NCBI RefSeq assembly: GCF_009834535.1 | Contig: NC_045697.1 | Span: forward strand, 36,644,001-36,708,000 | DNA length: 64,000 nucleotides | Origin: Camelus ferus | Lineage: Eukaryota | Reading direction: 5' to 3' | Shown: piece by piece, positions 52,524 to 64,000 of the stretch | How positions within the stretch are numbered: the stretch's first letter is position 1 | Layout: every line of letters begins with the position of its first letter | Program-made: the position numbers and the translations under genes | The notes under the pieces: generated by a model | What the model saw: the letters and a program-made list of their open reading frames with translations, nothing else | What the model was told of the DNA's origin: nothing | Databases searched by the model: none

Positions 52524-53633
52524 CAATGGTACAGAATAGAGAGCCTAGAAATTAACCCATGCATATGTGGTCAATTAATTTATTACAGAAGAGCCAAGAA
52601 TATACGATGGGGAAAGGACAGTCTCCTCAATAAATGGTTTTGGGAAAACTGGACAGCCACGTGCAAAACAATGAAACTGGACCCCTATCTTACACCATAC
52701 ATAAAAGTCAACTCAAAAAGGATTAAAGACCTGGTCATAAGACCTGAAAACATAAAAGTCCTAGGAAAGAACATAGGGGGTAACTCCTTGACATCAGTCT
52801 TGGCAATGATTTTTTGGATTTGACACTGAAAGCAAAGGCAACGAAAGTGAAAAATAAACAGGTGGAATGACATCAAACTAAAAAGCTTCTGCCCAGCAAA
52901 GGAAACCATCCACAAAATGAAAAGGCAACTGCTGAATGGGAGAAAATAGTGCAAATCATCTATCTGATAACATATCCAAAATATGTTAAGAACTCGTACT
53001 ACTAAATAGCATAAAAGCCATCCAATTTAAAATGGTCAGAGGAACTGAACAGACATTTTTCTAGAGAAGACAGACAGATGGCCAATAGGTACATGGAAAA
53101 GATGCTCAACATCACTAATTAGGAAAATCAAAATCAAAATCAAAATGAGTTGTCACCTCACACCTATGAGAATGGCTGTCACCAGAAAGACAAGAGAGAG
53201 TGTTGGCGAGGATGTGGAGAAAAGGGAACCCTTGTGCACTGTTGGTGGGAATGTAAAATGCTGCAGCCACTATGTAAAACAGTTTGGAAGTTCCTCAAAA
53301 AAATTAAAAATATAATTACCATATAATCCAGCAATTCCAAGTCTGGGTATATATTTAAAAGGGATGAAAATAGATTATCAAAGAGATATCTATGATTTCA
53401 TGTTCATTGCAGCACTATGTACAATAGTCAAGATATTGTGCCCATTGATGGATGAGTGGATAAAGAAAAAAAAAAGGATTATTAACATGTGAGGTGATGG
53501 ATAGGTTAACCAGACAGGGAGAATCCTTTCACAACACATATTAAATCATCATCATGTACACAAATATCTTACAGTTTTATTTGTTAATTATACCTCAATA
53601 AAGTTGAAATTTGAAAAAAAAAAGAAAGAAAGA
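52524..53633 (+). mobile_element. 5'-truncated L1 (L1MA-like) with an internally shortened 3' region
   Basis: Decayed ORF2 3' text. TSD aaaacacaacgaagga (52508-52523) / aaagcacaatgaagga (53634-53649). Confidence 0.92.
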
Positions 53634-53745
53634 AAAGCACAATGAAGGAGAAGAAAACAGAACATAGGTTCAGTGTTAAAAAATTTATACATGCTGTCTT
53701 TGGTTTGATTTATATCACCTCCACTTTCAATTATTAAATATTTAG

Positions 53746-53911
53746 GAGGTGGGTATAGCTCAAGTGGTAGAGCACATGCTTAGCATACACAAGGTCCTGG
53801 GTTCAATCCCCAGTACCTCCTCTAAAAATAAATAAGTAAAACGAATTACCTACCCCCCAACAAAAAAAAAATTAAAAATAAATTTTAAAAAAGAAAAAAA
53901 GTAAAGAAAAA
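53746..53911 (+). mobile_element. Vic-1-like SINE
   Basis: gggtatagctcaagtggtagagcacatgcttagcat...cccagtacctcc. TSD taaatatttag (53735-53745) / taaacatttag (53912-53922). Confidence 0.94.
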
Positions 53912-54583
53912 TAAACATTTAGCTTCATCTATTAAAAATTCAGCTGATGCTTGAGAAAATGGGGAAATGCAGGTAGATCATATCATGATAGAGAGGCTGG
54001 AGGCTAATTAAAAAGGTCATATGCTTTTAATGGATCCCCCACTGAAGGAAATAAATTTGCATCCCCGTGATTATTGAATCATGAGAGAATCTTTGCAATA
54101 TTGTCAACTCTGGACATCTTAGGTTACAAATGTCAGGTAGCACTTAAAAGTAATTTTCAGTGCACTTGCAGATTAAACAGTGTTTTTTCCCTAAAAACCA
54201 GCTCTTTCACAGAAATTATTCCAGCTTCCCACGAACTTATGAAAAATAAATTGGAGAAATCTTTTATTAAGATTTTCAAAGCAAACAAATAGCTTTCAGG
54301 ATAATATCCAAATCCCTTGTCATTTCCTTTCTCCATTTTCACCAAATATGGGACCGTTTAACCACACAGGAAGAAGTTGGCGGATTTGGAAAGTTGCTGA
54401 ATTCTCTTATTTGAATCAATCCACATTAAACACAAGCTGTTGTTTTATTAGCAAGTAAAGGATAAACATAACTTATGCTGAGTGGAATAGGGAAGAGAAA
54501 TTCCTCTTAGCCCAGAGTTCCTGGAACAAACAAATGATTCCAACAGAAACCTGAGGAGAGACGATTTCCTGAGACTGGATCAG

Positions 54584-54642
54584 ATCAAACCATCCACGAT
54601 ATCAAACCATCCATGATATCAAACCATCCACGATATCAAACC
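54584..54642. repeat. 17-bp minisatellite, about 3.5 copies
   Basis: atcaaaccatcca(c/t)gat three times, followed by atcaaacc. Confidence 0.95.
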
Positions 54643-54896
54643 TCTGACACCCACAAAAATCCACCCTCAAAGAATCACTGATTCCTGAGCTCTGTGCACT
54701 CCTGGGGGTGCATGAGACAATTTTAGGAGGTATAAAGATGAACAATTTGATTTTACCATTAATGTATTTAAATTAATGTGCATTAGAAAATAAATATCCG
54801 ACACGATTAAACCATGATTCCATCAATAATATTACCTAGAATAAAAGTAGAGCAAAATTTTAAATTATAAGGGAGGCAATTAAAATTTGTTAAGCA

Positions 54897-55447
54897 CAAT
54901 TGATCCTCATTATTCATGGATTCTGAATTCGCCTACCTGCTAAAATTTGTGACCCCAAAGCCAGTACTTACAGTGCTTCCTCGATCATCTGCAGACGTGC
55001 CGAGGGGCCGAAAAACAGGCAAGTTCTCAGCTGAGGTTGAACGAGGTGGCACCTTGCCTTCTCTTCTCAGCTCCCGTATTGTAAACAAGTGTCCTTTCCG
55101 AGGTCTATCCAGTGTCACATTTTTGTGCTTCTTGTTGGTGACTGTGCTGTTTAAAATGGCCCCCGGGCGCAATTCTGAAGCGTGGTCTCGAAGGCTGTGC
55201 TGGGCCTGACTGGAGAAAACACATGCATTAGCTCAGCTTTGCCCAGGCCTGAACTGTAGTGCTGTTGACCGTGAGTTCAACATTGATGAATCAATAATAT
55301 GTATTTTAAAAGGTGTCTTTAAAAGGAAGCACACTTCAAACAAGGTTATGTATCAATCTGTTGATGAATATGTTGTGATCAGAGGCTCACAGGAATCCAA
55401 GCCCTGTATTGCCCCAGGAGCCATGTTTCACTATTGGCTAATTCAGG
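54897..55447 (+). mobile_element. MER82-like TcMar-Tigger DNA transposon
   Basis: Starts caattgatcctcattattcatggattc...gaattcgcctacc.gctaaaattt and contains cagctgaggttgaacgagg...tgccttct, matching the recalled MER82 consensus. Confidence 0.8.
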
Positions 55448-55808
55448 GCTAACTGGGAATAGTAGTAGACGTGGTTGTGGCAGAGGCGCCACCCAGGTCG
55501 CCCTCTGAGGAAGGCCTTGCTGCCCAGCTGCCAGGAGGATGGTCAACAGACCTCCTTCAGCGAGTGGCTCCTCTCGGACCCGCCTCAGCTGCAGAGAGGC
55601 CGGCTGCTGCCAGAGGTCGTGCCCCTCCGCGTGGGCTGATGGCTTTATCAGCTTGCATTGCCCTTGCCTTCTCCCGCACCCCCCTGTCTTCACAGCTGCT
55701 GACCTCTAGTACACGTCTTACATCCCAGTCTTCACTTCAGCTTCAGTTTCTGAAAAACCCAACCTACTACGATGGTTCACAAATCCGGCAAAGTATCCAC
55801 TGAACCAA

Positions 55809-56431
55809 AGTTACCAAAGTAAACTTGGGTCCGCTAGCCCTCAGGCAGTGAAGCCAATCTACTGCCACCAGGTGGTGCTGAAGGGAAGTGCAGCGCTTAC
55901 TGCAGGGCGCCAAGCAAGAAGTCCAGGCAGGGAGGGCTTAAAAAGACCCGCACTCCCCATGGCTTTCAGGGAAAGGGTTTTAAAGACAGGATGAGGGAGG
56001 GGGATTGTCGGGTGCATGATCAGCTCATAGACATTCTTCTGACTGGTTGGTGGCGGGGCAGTTGGGTGTCAACATCATCAACCTGGTTCCAACTGGTCTG
56101 GGGTCTATGTGCTTGTGGGCAGCAGATAGTTAACTTCTTCCACCTGGTGGGGGTTTTAGTGTCTGCAAAGCAGCTCAAAGGACATGGCCCAGAATATTAT
56201 CTACAGCTCCTGAGGAGGAACTAAAAGATCCTTGACTTTGTTGAATGGCTAAATTATTATTGTTTTGTCTTGCTTGACTGTTTCCCTTTGTGCATTTTCT
56301 CGCTTCTCTGATTAAATAGATTATTGGGGACTTGGGACAACCTAGGAGGCTAAAGTTTTTCTACATGGAGAACATGGAGGTGAGGTGGAGGTCTATCCTG
56401 GGAAAGCCTGATAGGGTTCTGCTTGGTTACA
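55809..56431 (-). mobile_element. ERV1-like solo LTR
   Basis: The minus strand begins TGTAACC and ends GGTAAC. Internal text (aagccaatctactg, ggctttcagggaaaggg, tgcatgatcagctc) is typical of laurasiatherian ERV1 LTRs. No clear TSD. Confidence 0.7.
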
Positions 56432-57099
56432 TCTACATCTAGAGAAACACTTTGCTAAGACCCTCCCTTCTCCTGCCCTCTACAGATACCAACCTACATG
56501 CTTTTATCTTTCTGGTCCTGGACTCTTGATCCAAATGCAAACTCGGCCTAAGGCTGTGAAGTCTGGGTTCTGGTCAAGGACTTATTTGAAGAGATGAGAG
56601 GGGAAGGGTGGGGTCTGAAATCCAACTTGAGCTCCCTGCACCAAATCATGGGTCCTCGTGAGGGGAGGTGTTGTCTGGGAGAAGGGGTGCCTGTCCCTAA
56701 CTGGGTGGCAGTGGCCAAGGCTGTCTCCAGGACTCCACCCTCATGGCCTGCACCTTTCCTCTCCCCACTCCTGCTCTCTGAAGGGAGGCCTTCACCTCTT
56801 GCCTCATCATCTTCCATTGTTTGGGCTCCTTCCTGGGGCCCAACCTTTAATTCCTTCCTCCTGAAAGAGGAAGAGATCACATGAGCCGAAGAGAAAAACA
56901 CTTCAATTTCCAACCCTTCTGAAAGCTTTTCCCTTTGAGATTCGGTGCTCATACCAGAAAGCACCCATTAGAACAGCTCACATTTTTATTCCCTCCCAGC
57001 CTCTGTAAATCATGTGTGTTCTGCAGGCTAAAATGGAGACGGTGTAACCTCTCAGTGGGAGGTACTTCCACATATCCGAGAGAAATTTATAAAAACAAT

Positions 57100-57320
57100 A
57101 GCCAATGTTTATCAGGACTTACTATATGTCAAACACTCTGCTGAGTGTTTTACATATTTTATCTCATTTAATCCCCCTAATACCCTTAAGAGGTTGGTAT
57201 TAATATTCTCATTTAATAAGGGAGGAAACAGGCTTAGAGAGGTTAAGTAATTTGCCTCCACCTAGGAACCAGTGGACTAGGGTTTCAGAGGCGCTTTTGT
57301 CTGACTACAGAAGTAGAGTA
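57100..57320 (-). mobile_element. MIR SINE
   Basis: atctcatttaatcc...gaggaaacaggcttagagaggttaagtaatttgcc. Confidence 0.8.
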
Positions 57321-57504
57321 AGCTCTCTCAGGTGTGATGTCTGAGGACACGGCCTCAGCCTGAGGCAGAGGCTCCTGCTGCCAGAAACAGCAGAAGGATA
57401 GCAGGAACCAGGCAGCTGGACAGCCCCTACCTTTGGAGTGAGGGACAATGACGCTGTCTCTCTCCTTTAAAGGAGGGAAGAGGGAAGAGACGAATTCGGC
57501 TTAT

Positions 57505-57703
57505 GTGATTAACAGATACAAACTACTGTACATAAAATAGATAAACAACAACGATATACTGTATAGCACTGGGAATTACAGCCATTATCTCGCAATAACC
57601 TATAATAGAGTATAATCTGCAAAAATACTGAATCACTAGGCTGTACATCTGAAAATAACACAGTATTGTAAATCAACTATACTTCAATTTAAAAACAAAA
57701 AAA
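57505..57703 (+). mobile_element. L1 3' tail
   Basis: gattaacagatacaaactactgtacataaaatagataaacaac ... gtaaatcaactatacttcaat followed by an A tail. Confidence 0.9.
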
Positions 57704-58214
57704 GAGAGGATTCAACTCAAGCCTAAACTAAGCATTTTGAGTTTGGTTGGTTTCATTTTAACGATGTGCCTAATAATCTATCATCATTTAAAGAACATTT
57801 CCTCTGCATCTGTATCCAAAATGCATCCAGGGTCCAGGACTGTAAAGCAGAATTACTCTCTGACTGTCTAGGTTGCTCAGCCCATACAGCCTATTCTGAA
57901 CTCTGTGACAGTTTGTGGTTATCAAGGTCTCTCAGGGTTGGGAGGGTAGAAACAAGATGTGAGGTTGATAACTCCTTACCATTTGGTTTTTGAAATCTCA
58001 GGGCAGAAGGTGGAACAAAGAGCTGAAATGAGGTTAAGGACTGAATTGTGGGCTTCAGTTATAATTTATGTCATTTTTTTTCTGGGAGAAACATGAAAAT
58101 TGAAAATCAGCCATTTACAGATTTCTGCTTGAAAATTTTGTTACTCTTTATAGAATCTTCAGAAATAAGTTGATTTTAAATCAGCCAGACATCAATAAAA
58201 ATAAAATATTAAAA

Positions 58215-58379
58215 GATATAAAACAAATTTCCTCTGTATAGCACACAGAACTATATTCAATACTTTGCAGTAATGTATAATGAAAAAGAATATGAAAATG
58301 AACATTCATATGTCTGTGTATGACTGAAACATTATGCTGTACACCAGAAACTGACACACTGTAACTGACTATACTTCAG

Positions 58380-58414
<35 letters not shown>
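58215..58414 (+). mobile_element. L1 3' tail ending in a (TAAA)n microsatellite
   Basis: Same family text as 3490-3655, with a (TAAA)n run at 58380-58413. Confidence 0.9.
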
Positions 58415-58415
<1 letters not shown>

Positions 58416-58879
58416 ATTTTTAAAAGTTGAATCTCATCCCCAGATTCTTGGGTTGAGACTTGCGATGGAGACACAGCAACGTGATGGGCAGGATGACTCA
58501 TGTTTCTACAAGATTCATCAAGATGAGATTCTGTTGGTGAACAATCTGATTTATTAGCCCACCAACTGGAGACCCAAACAGGGATGTCAGTGGCATTCCA
58601 AGGCTCAACCAGACGCTCCAGGCTAGTTCCCCATCTGGCATGCTGGAGACTCTGGCATCATTCTCCCCAAAGCTGCTGGGATTCCTGGGGCCGCAGATCA
58701 GTGTCATTCAGCTCACTGACTGGCTATGCCGCCTTTCACAGACCAATCCCCACTGAGGCCAGCCCGCCCCTCGGGAACGGCCTTAACTCTCAAGCATCTT
58801 TGCAACACACATTTTCCTGTTTAAAAGAAGAGACTGGAAAGGGCAGCAAAATCAGAACTCATCTCCAAGAATCCTGGCA

Positions 58880-59100
58880 CCTGGAGTGTAAGATCACCAG
58901 CTTTGGAGTCAAATGGATCTGGACTAAAACCCCACTCTGTTGCTTATTAGCTGTCAGACCTTCGAGAAATTATTTGACTTCTGTATAAGCCCCAATCCCT
59001 CATCTGTAAAACAGATATAATCGCCTGTGCCCCATCCCACAGCTGTGAGGGTGAAATGAGACTGTGCGTGTACAGCACTTCTACACAGAGAGGCCCTCGA
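58880..59100 (+). mobile_element. MIR SINE
   Basis: gctttggagtcaaatggatctgg ... cctcatctgtaaaac. Confidence 0.75.
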
Positions 59101-59159
59101 CACTGGAAGACCGTTAGGACAGAAATTCAATATATCATCAAAAACTCTCATCCAGAATC

Positions 59160-59480
59160 TTAAAAACATTAAGTGAAAGAAGCCAGACGCAAATAGCCAC
59201 ACGTTGCCATTTATACAAAATGTATGTCAAGAATAGGCAAATCTATAGAGACAGAAAGTAAATTAGTGATGGCCTAGGGCCGGCGGCTTGGAGGAGTGGG
59301 ATTGACTGCTAGTGGGTATGGCATTTCTTTTCGGGGTAATAAAAGTGTTCTGGAAATAGATAATAGTGATGGTTGTAGACATTTGTGAATGTACTAAAAC
59401 CCACTGAACTGTATGCTTAAAGAAGATAAATTTTATATACGTCAATTAGATCTCAAAAATAGTTAATTTTTTAAAAAAGA
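59160..59480 (+). mobile_element. L1MB/MC-like 3' UTR
   Basis: aagtgaaagaagccagac ... gaataggcaaatctatagagacagaaagta ... aaaacccactgaactgtatgctt. Confidence 0.85.
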
Positions 59481-59897
59481 ACTATCTATTATGAGCTAAA
59501 ACTATAGATTCTGAAGCTAATTTGTTTCATGGACTCTCTACCCCTTCAGCACTGAATTAAAATGATCCATCTCATGGGAAGACTGTGTCCCTAGGTGAAT
59601 TGTTTGTTCTCTGCACACATGACACATGTCAACCCACTGCCATTTCAGCATTTGTGGGATTCGGTAGCACTCAGATCTCCTGTCATTTCATGAAAGACTG
59701 CTGAACAGCCTGAATTCACGGGCAGAAAGAGCCAGCCTATCCCCTTCGTTAGGGAGGTTCCCTGCATCTCGGCTCATCTGGGAGATGTTCCAGGCAGTAA
59801 AGGAGATGTTTTCCCTCCATCTGGGATGGAAAAACAGAGTCAGGAAACAGAAATGAAAGTCTGTTGGATTAACTGTGAATATAGTGATGCATGGAAT

Positions 59898-59919
59898 TGT
59901 GTGTGTGTGTGTGTGTGTG
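59898..59919. repeat. (GT)n microsatellite
   Basis: Direct run. Confidence 0.9.
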
Positions 59920-61039
59920 TACCTCAGGGAGTTGGGGAAGAGGGAGACTTTGCCAAAAGGAAAGAGGGGAGGAGTTTTGGATGAGTCGGTGCCTATTGCA
60001 AAACTAGAGTGGATTAATTCTGGAATTTCATTGAGCATATTCAATGCTTCCAAAATATAATTTAAAAAATACACTGTGCTTTCAGATTCACATCTCAGAC
60101 AGGGTTGTCAGCACTGCTTAGGGACAATTTCTTTCAGTGTGAGTTAAGGTTACAAGATTTTGGTAAAAATTATTTCTTCACTGTTTGGAATGTCTGAATA
60201 GATTTGTGGTCTTTCATTTTGCTTTAAGCCGTGATTAAATATGCCCTAAAAATCAAAGCCTTCTGTCTGGTTTTTCGAATTTCTTCCAGACTTTTAGCTG
60301 GTTAATATTATACACGTCATGCAGGTTTGGTTTTGTTTTGTTTTTTTTGGAATCATTAATGTCACATGGCCACATTTGCTGCAAAAGAGACTGGGAAATG
60401 TAGTCCTTGTTTTTGGTGGTCATATATCCAGCAAAAAACTGGGTACAAGGAGTAAACTCTGATACTTTCAATTATTTGCATTAGCTTTTCTTTCTGCCCT
60501 TGATGCGCATTTCACCTGCACCTCCCTAAGAGCACTTATAATGAACACGGGATTTCTTGTGTGCCTCTCCATTAGTCAGAGAACTCCTTGAGGCCATAGA
60601 TGACTATCTAGCACTCAAGTCCCGAGTTTCTCGTTTTTTTTTTTTTTTTTTCTTTAAATAGATCATTCTAGTTAGCTTAAATGCAGAAACAGAAGGGTAG
60701 ATGTCTGAGAATGCAGACACAGGTTATAATTCTGCACGGAAACAGACATTGCAAGAGTACTCTGACTACTGATACAGAGGCCTCTTTGAGGAGGTGACCT
60801 TTGAGCTGAGACCAGAATTAGGAGGATCCACTAACACAATAATCAGAGGGAAGAGTCTTCTAGGCAGAGAGTTCAGCTAGGACAAAGGCTCTGAGTTGAG
60901 GCAGGAAGGGAGTTGGCATTTTCAAAGACAAAAGGAAGCAGTGTGCCTGGAAAGCAGCATGGAAGAGGGAGGGAGGCAGGGAGGGAGGAGGAACTGCTAT
61001 GGGAGTGATGGTAGTAAGAGACCATGTGCCCGATGAGGA

Positions 61040-61270
61040 CGGCACAGCATGGAAGTTATAAATCTGGGCTCTGGAACCAGCCACCTGGATACCCACGGTT
61101 CCACCACTTCTAGCTGGGCAGCCTGGAGTGAGTTACTTTGTATCTCTGTGCCTTAGTTTTCCCATCTGTAAAACTGTTACAGAATAGTAGCTTTATAGCT
61201 TGGTTGTTAGATTTCAATGAGTTAATGTGTGTAAAGTAACGCCTGAAACATCACGAGAACTCACTAAGTC
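61040..61270 (+). mobile_element. MIR SINE
   Basis: gggctctggaaccagccacctgg...ctctgtgccttagttttcccatctgtaaaa. Confidence 0.8.
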
Positions 61271-62584
61271 CTGTCTGCCTATATCCCTGCCCTTCTTAAT
61301 GTGTATCTAGCTTCCTGCCACTCCTGTCTTTCCAATATCTTATACCCACACCCAGGCTCCTTCAACCTCCCCTGCTTTCTACAGTCATTAGTTGCTTTTC
61401 AGTTAGGACTAGGTTGGACCACATATAACAGAAAACTCAATACATAGCAGATGAAACAGAGGAAACTTATTTTTCTTCTAAGTAGGAATCCTGAGGTAAG
61501 CAGGTCTGGGCTGAGATGGTGGCTGATGGATATTAGAGACCATGGTCCTTCCATCTTTCTTATCTATATCTTTGACTCTGGTGTCATATAGTTGCTAGAA
61601 TTTCAGCCGTGATCACGTTCACTTCCCAGCAAGATGAAAGGTGGAAGGAAGAAAGGACAAAAAGGCATACTCTTTTTTAAAACTATTCCTGAAGCCCTGT
61701 CCAACAACTAGCTGTCACTACATTGGCCAGAATTATTCATGTGGCCACACTCGGCTCGAAGAGTGGCTGGATCATTGCATGAGATTCAGTTACTAAGGCG
61801 GGATCTTGTTGGGTTAGGCCTCTCTTCTTTCTCATTGCCCAGATTCTGATCCAGACTCTCATTATTTTGTCTCCTAGGCCACTTCTCCTGGGCTCTCTGC
61901 CCAAAGGTTCCCATCTTCAACCCATCTGACATGTTGAGCAGTCTTCATGGTTATTAAGTGGCTCCCATTTGCAACAAGCAGAACCCACGAACTAGTATCT
62001 CGTAAGACAGTCACAGTTTGATTGACCTTCATGGTATTTTGAAAAATAAGTGAATTACATTAATTGTCAAACTAACAAGCCAACAGTCTCTCTAAAATCC
62101 TGCAGTTTCCTCTTTTGATAGCACAGGCTCTGGATCCACATCCCTGAGTGACAATAATTAGCTGTGGTTGAGTCCTCACTCACTCCTTGGATAGAGTTTG
62201 GGAGTTCCAGTGTGCCCCAGCCCCTACCTACTCTTCCTCTTGCCTCACATCCAGACCACTTCCCTAATGTACATTTCCTGAGTATCCCCTGGAAGTTTTT
62301 GAGTTTATAGGTCTTGATTGAAAGACTAAAGTCTGAAACTCCTGGTCTTCTGTTCAAGGGCCTCCAGTGATCTGGCCTTAGCTCGCTCTTCTGGCAAAAC
62401 TTCTCACGATTCCCTTCATGTGGTCTGAGATCCAAACACTCCCCATACTGCACCTCTTGACTGTAAGCTTCATGAGGCCAGAGACCATGTCTGTTTAATT
62501 CATCAAACTATTTCTAGACCCTATAGCCATGCCTAGCTCATAAAGAATGCTTAATAACTAGTTGTTCAATGAATCAATGAAGTT

Positions 62585-63610
62585 TGTAGAGGACTAGGAA
62601 GAAGACTGGAGGCTACTGAAGCTGTCCAAGCAAAAAATTATGGTGACTTTGGCTTGGGGATGGCAGGGAGGGTGGAAAGAATTGAATGGATCTGAGAGAT
62701 TATTAGCATGTAAGAGTGCTGGGACTGGATGATATAATGAAAAAGACAGTAAGGGCAAGGGAAAGGGAGGGTTTCAGAAGGCGAGACTTGATTGCTGGCT
62801 CATGCAAGAAATGCATAGTACTATCATTCCCAGAAAGAGGAAACAGTTAGGGAGAAGCAGGCTTTGGAAGTTCATTTTGGCCTTGTTGATTCTGAAGATC
62901 TTTGAGGCATTCAACTTGAGATGCCAAATAAGAGGTTAGGTGTATGGATCTGGAGCTCAGAAATGCTTTCTGGGCTGAGGATATAAATTTGAAAAGTATC
63001 AGAATTATTAGTTGTTGAAACTCTGTAAGTGGTTATGGTTGCTGGATGCCGAGGTAGATAGTATAGAATAGAAGAAGAGAACAGGGCTCGTGGCCAAGTC
63101 TTGGGAAGCCAACAGTTACTAGCCAAGAAGAACCTGAACCTGTAAAAGAGGTACAGAGGGAGTGTCCACAGCAGGAGAAAACCAGGTAAGGACTATACTG
63201 GAAAGCCAAGGAAGAGAGTGTCTCAGGATGGAAGGCGTGATCTGTTGCTGAGAGGTTAAGAAAGATGGGAGCTGAAAAACACCCACTGATGTAGCATTGT
63301 GTGTGTCATGGGTGACCTTGGAAGGATCCATCTAGCAGACTGCTGGGCCTGGTGGTAGGGAAAGCCTACTGGAGAGCATTCATGGGAGATGAGGAAAGGG
63401 AGACAGTGAGCATAACGTGGTACCCTAGGCCAATGCTGGATAAGGGATGTGGACATTAAGGATACCCCTGGATAGGACTGAAAATGTCTATTGGATTTAC
63501 TAATATGGAGGTCATGGGTATCCTAGGAAGATGTAGCCATTGTAGTGGGGGTGGGGGTGGTATTATGGTTGGAAGAATTAGAGGAGTTGAGGATGGGAAG
63601 AGAAGGAAAT
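62585..63610 (-). mobile_element. L2 LINE remnant including decayed RT
   Basis: Minus-strand ORF 62911..63126 contains SDTFQIYILSPESISELQIHTPNLLFGIS, resembling the L2 RT segment ADDSQIYISSPDLSPELQ. Confidence 0.8.
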
Positions 63611-64000
63611 GGAGACTGTGAAAATGATGTGGCCTCATAATGAAAACTGACTTCTCTCTCCTTTGCCTCTCTGTCTTCTGCATAAGTGCTGAATGGGAGT
63701 CTCATTCACCCCCCTGCCTCCCTCAGCCAGTGGATCCACAGATGGTAGTGAGGAAGAGGGGATCCAGTATATGAAGAAATGCTTCCGCCTTTTTCTGTAT
63801 CCCAAAGTCAGCTGATGCATTGGATTTTTTTTTATGTACATGTATAAACCATTCCTCCTGTATCGGGTTTCCTCATTTGTGTGTGTGTTTAAATGATTTT
63901 AACGTCGAACTCGAGACCTACTGCTGATTTAGAGTTCAAAAGAATCTCCCCCATAGTCCAGGGACACCCCTGTGTGGTTTCTAAGAAGGATAAGGAGTTT

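Noticed and set aside
54584..54642. CRISPR-like array
   Set aside because: The repeats are directly tandem with no unique spacers, and the context is eukaryotic.
56548..56880. Minus-strand exon after a strong acceptor (ctcttcctctttcag), ORF MEDDEARGEG...
   Set aside because: No recognisable homology, no clear donor and no supporting partner exons.

Overview
Mammalian, repeat-rich non-coding DNA, most likely from a camelid (alpaca, llama or camel). The main evidence is six copies of a tRNA-Ala(AGC)-derived SINE of the Vic-1 type, plus young LINE-1 3' UTRs consistent with that lineage. I cannot support any host protein-coding gene. The only recognisable ORFs are LINE-1 ORF2 fragments and decayed L2 reverse transcriptase. 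The window is a layered mosaic of L1, L2, MIR, MaLR (MLT1) LTRs, an ERV1-like solo LTR, a MER82 DNA transposon and simple repeats. The most informative structures are: (1) a composite insertion at 46.2-48.8 kb bounded by one target-site duplication (TSD), which looks like an L1 3' transduction that a younger L1 later invaded; (2) a weak CpG-island promoter-like element at 44.1-44.9 kb with downstream splice signals suggesting a lncRNA; (3) CTCF-like motifs in or next to mobile elements; and (4) several nested insertions whose order can be read from their TSDs. I found no convincing new biological system. Repeat subfamily names come from recalled consensus sequences, and boundaries without a TSD are approximate.
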